Virus record (IMG/VR): IMGVR_UViG_3300014208_000070
Span: 1 to 43,345 of that record
Strand: one strand, 5' to 3'
DNA: 43,345 nt
DNA from: a virus
Lineage: Duplodnaviria > Caudoviricetes
Shown: positions 43,239-43,345 of the stretch, one piece after another
How the letters are laid out: every line of letters begins with the position of its first letter
Numbering within the stretch: the first letter of the stretch is position 1
Translations under genes and position numbers: made by a program
The notes under the pieces: model-generated
What the model saw: the letters and a program-made list of their open reading frames with translations, nothing else
Told to the model about the DNA's origin: nothing
Databases searched by the model: none

Positions 43239-43345
43239 TCTTTAAAGCGTCAACACCTTCGACTCACCATCGACTATTTGTTATAATTTCCGGGTTATTT
43301 ATTGTCATGTAGTCTCGCTCAATACAAGGGACTAGGATTTGTGCG

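Noticed and set aside
1-43345. CRISPR array or rRNA
   Set aside because: No regularly spaced repeat-spacer pattern or rRNA-like sequence seen

Overview
Nearly the whole window (about 406-42047, ~41.6 kb) is one apparently complete temperate prophage in a Gammaproteobacterium. The flanking genes look Methylococcales-like to me, but that is an impression only. The phage pairs a lambdoid control and replication arm (int, xis, cI/cro with OL/OR operators, DnaB plus initiator, Q with a late promoter) with an epsilon15/BPP-1-type podovirus structural arm. It is integrated in the catalytic C-x5-R codons of a low-molecular-weight protein-tyrosine phosphatase gene and carries its own recoded 5' end that restores that gene. 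Most notable: (1) an ISL3 element carrying a translationally coupled PP-loop/Cys-rich cargo gene behind an internal copy of its terminal repeat; (2) a C5 DNA methyltransferase with ~9 degenerate repeats in its variable region and a nested alternative-frame gene resembling the M.EcoHK31I beta polypeptide; (3) a CI repressor whose S24 Ser/Lys dyad is replaced; (4) a variant initiator tRNA right after cro; (5) the only endolysin candidate sits in the early-left operon; (6) ejection proteins with inserted cargo domains, including a 2335-aa polyvalent protein (BECR nuclease-like, JAB/RadC, zincin). All family assignments come from motif recognition by eye; no database search was run.
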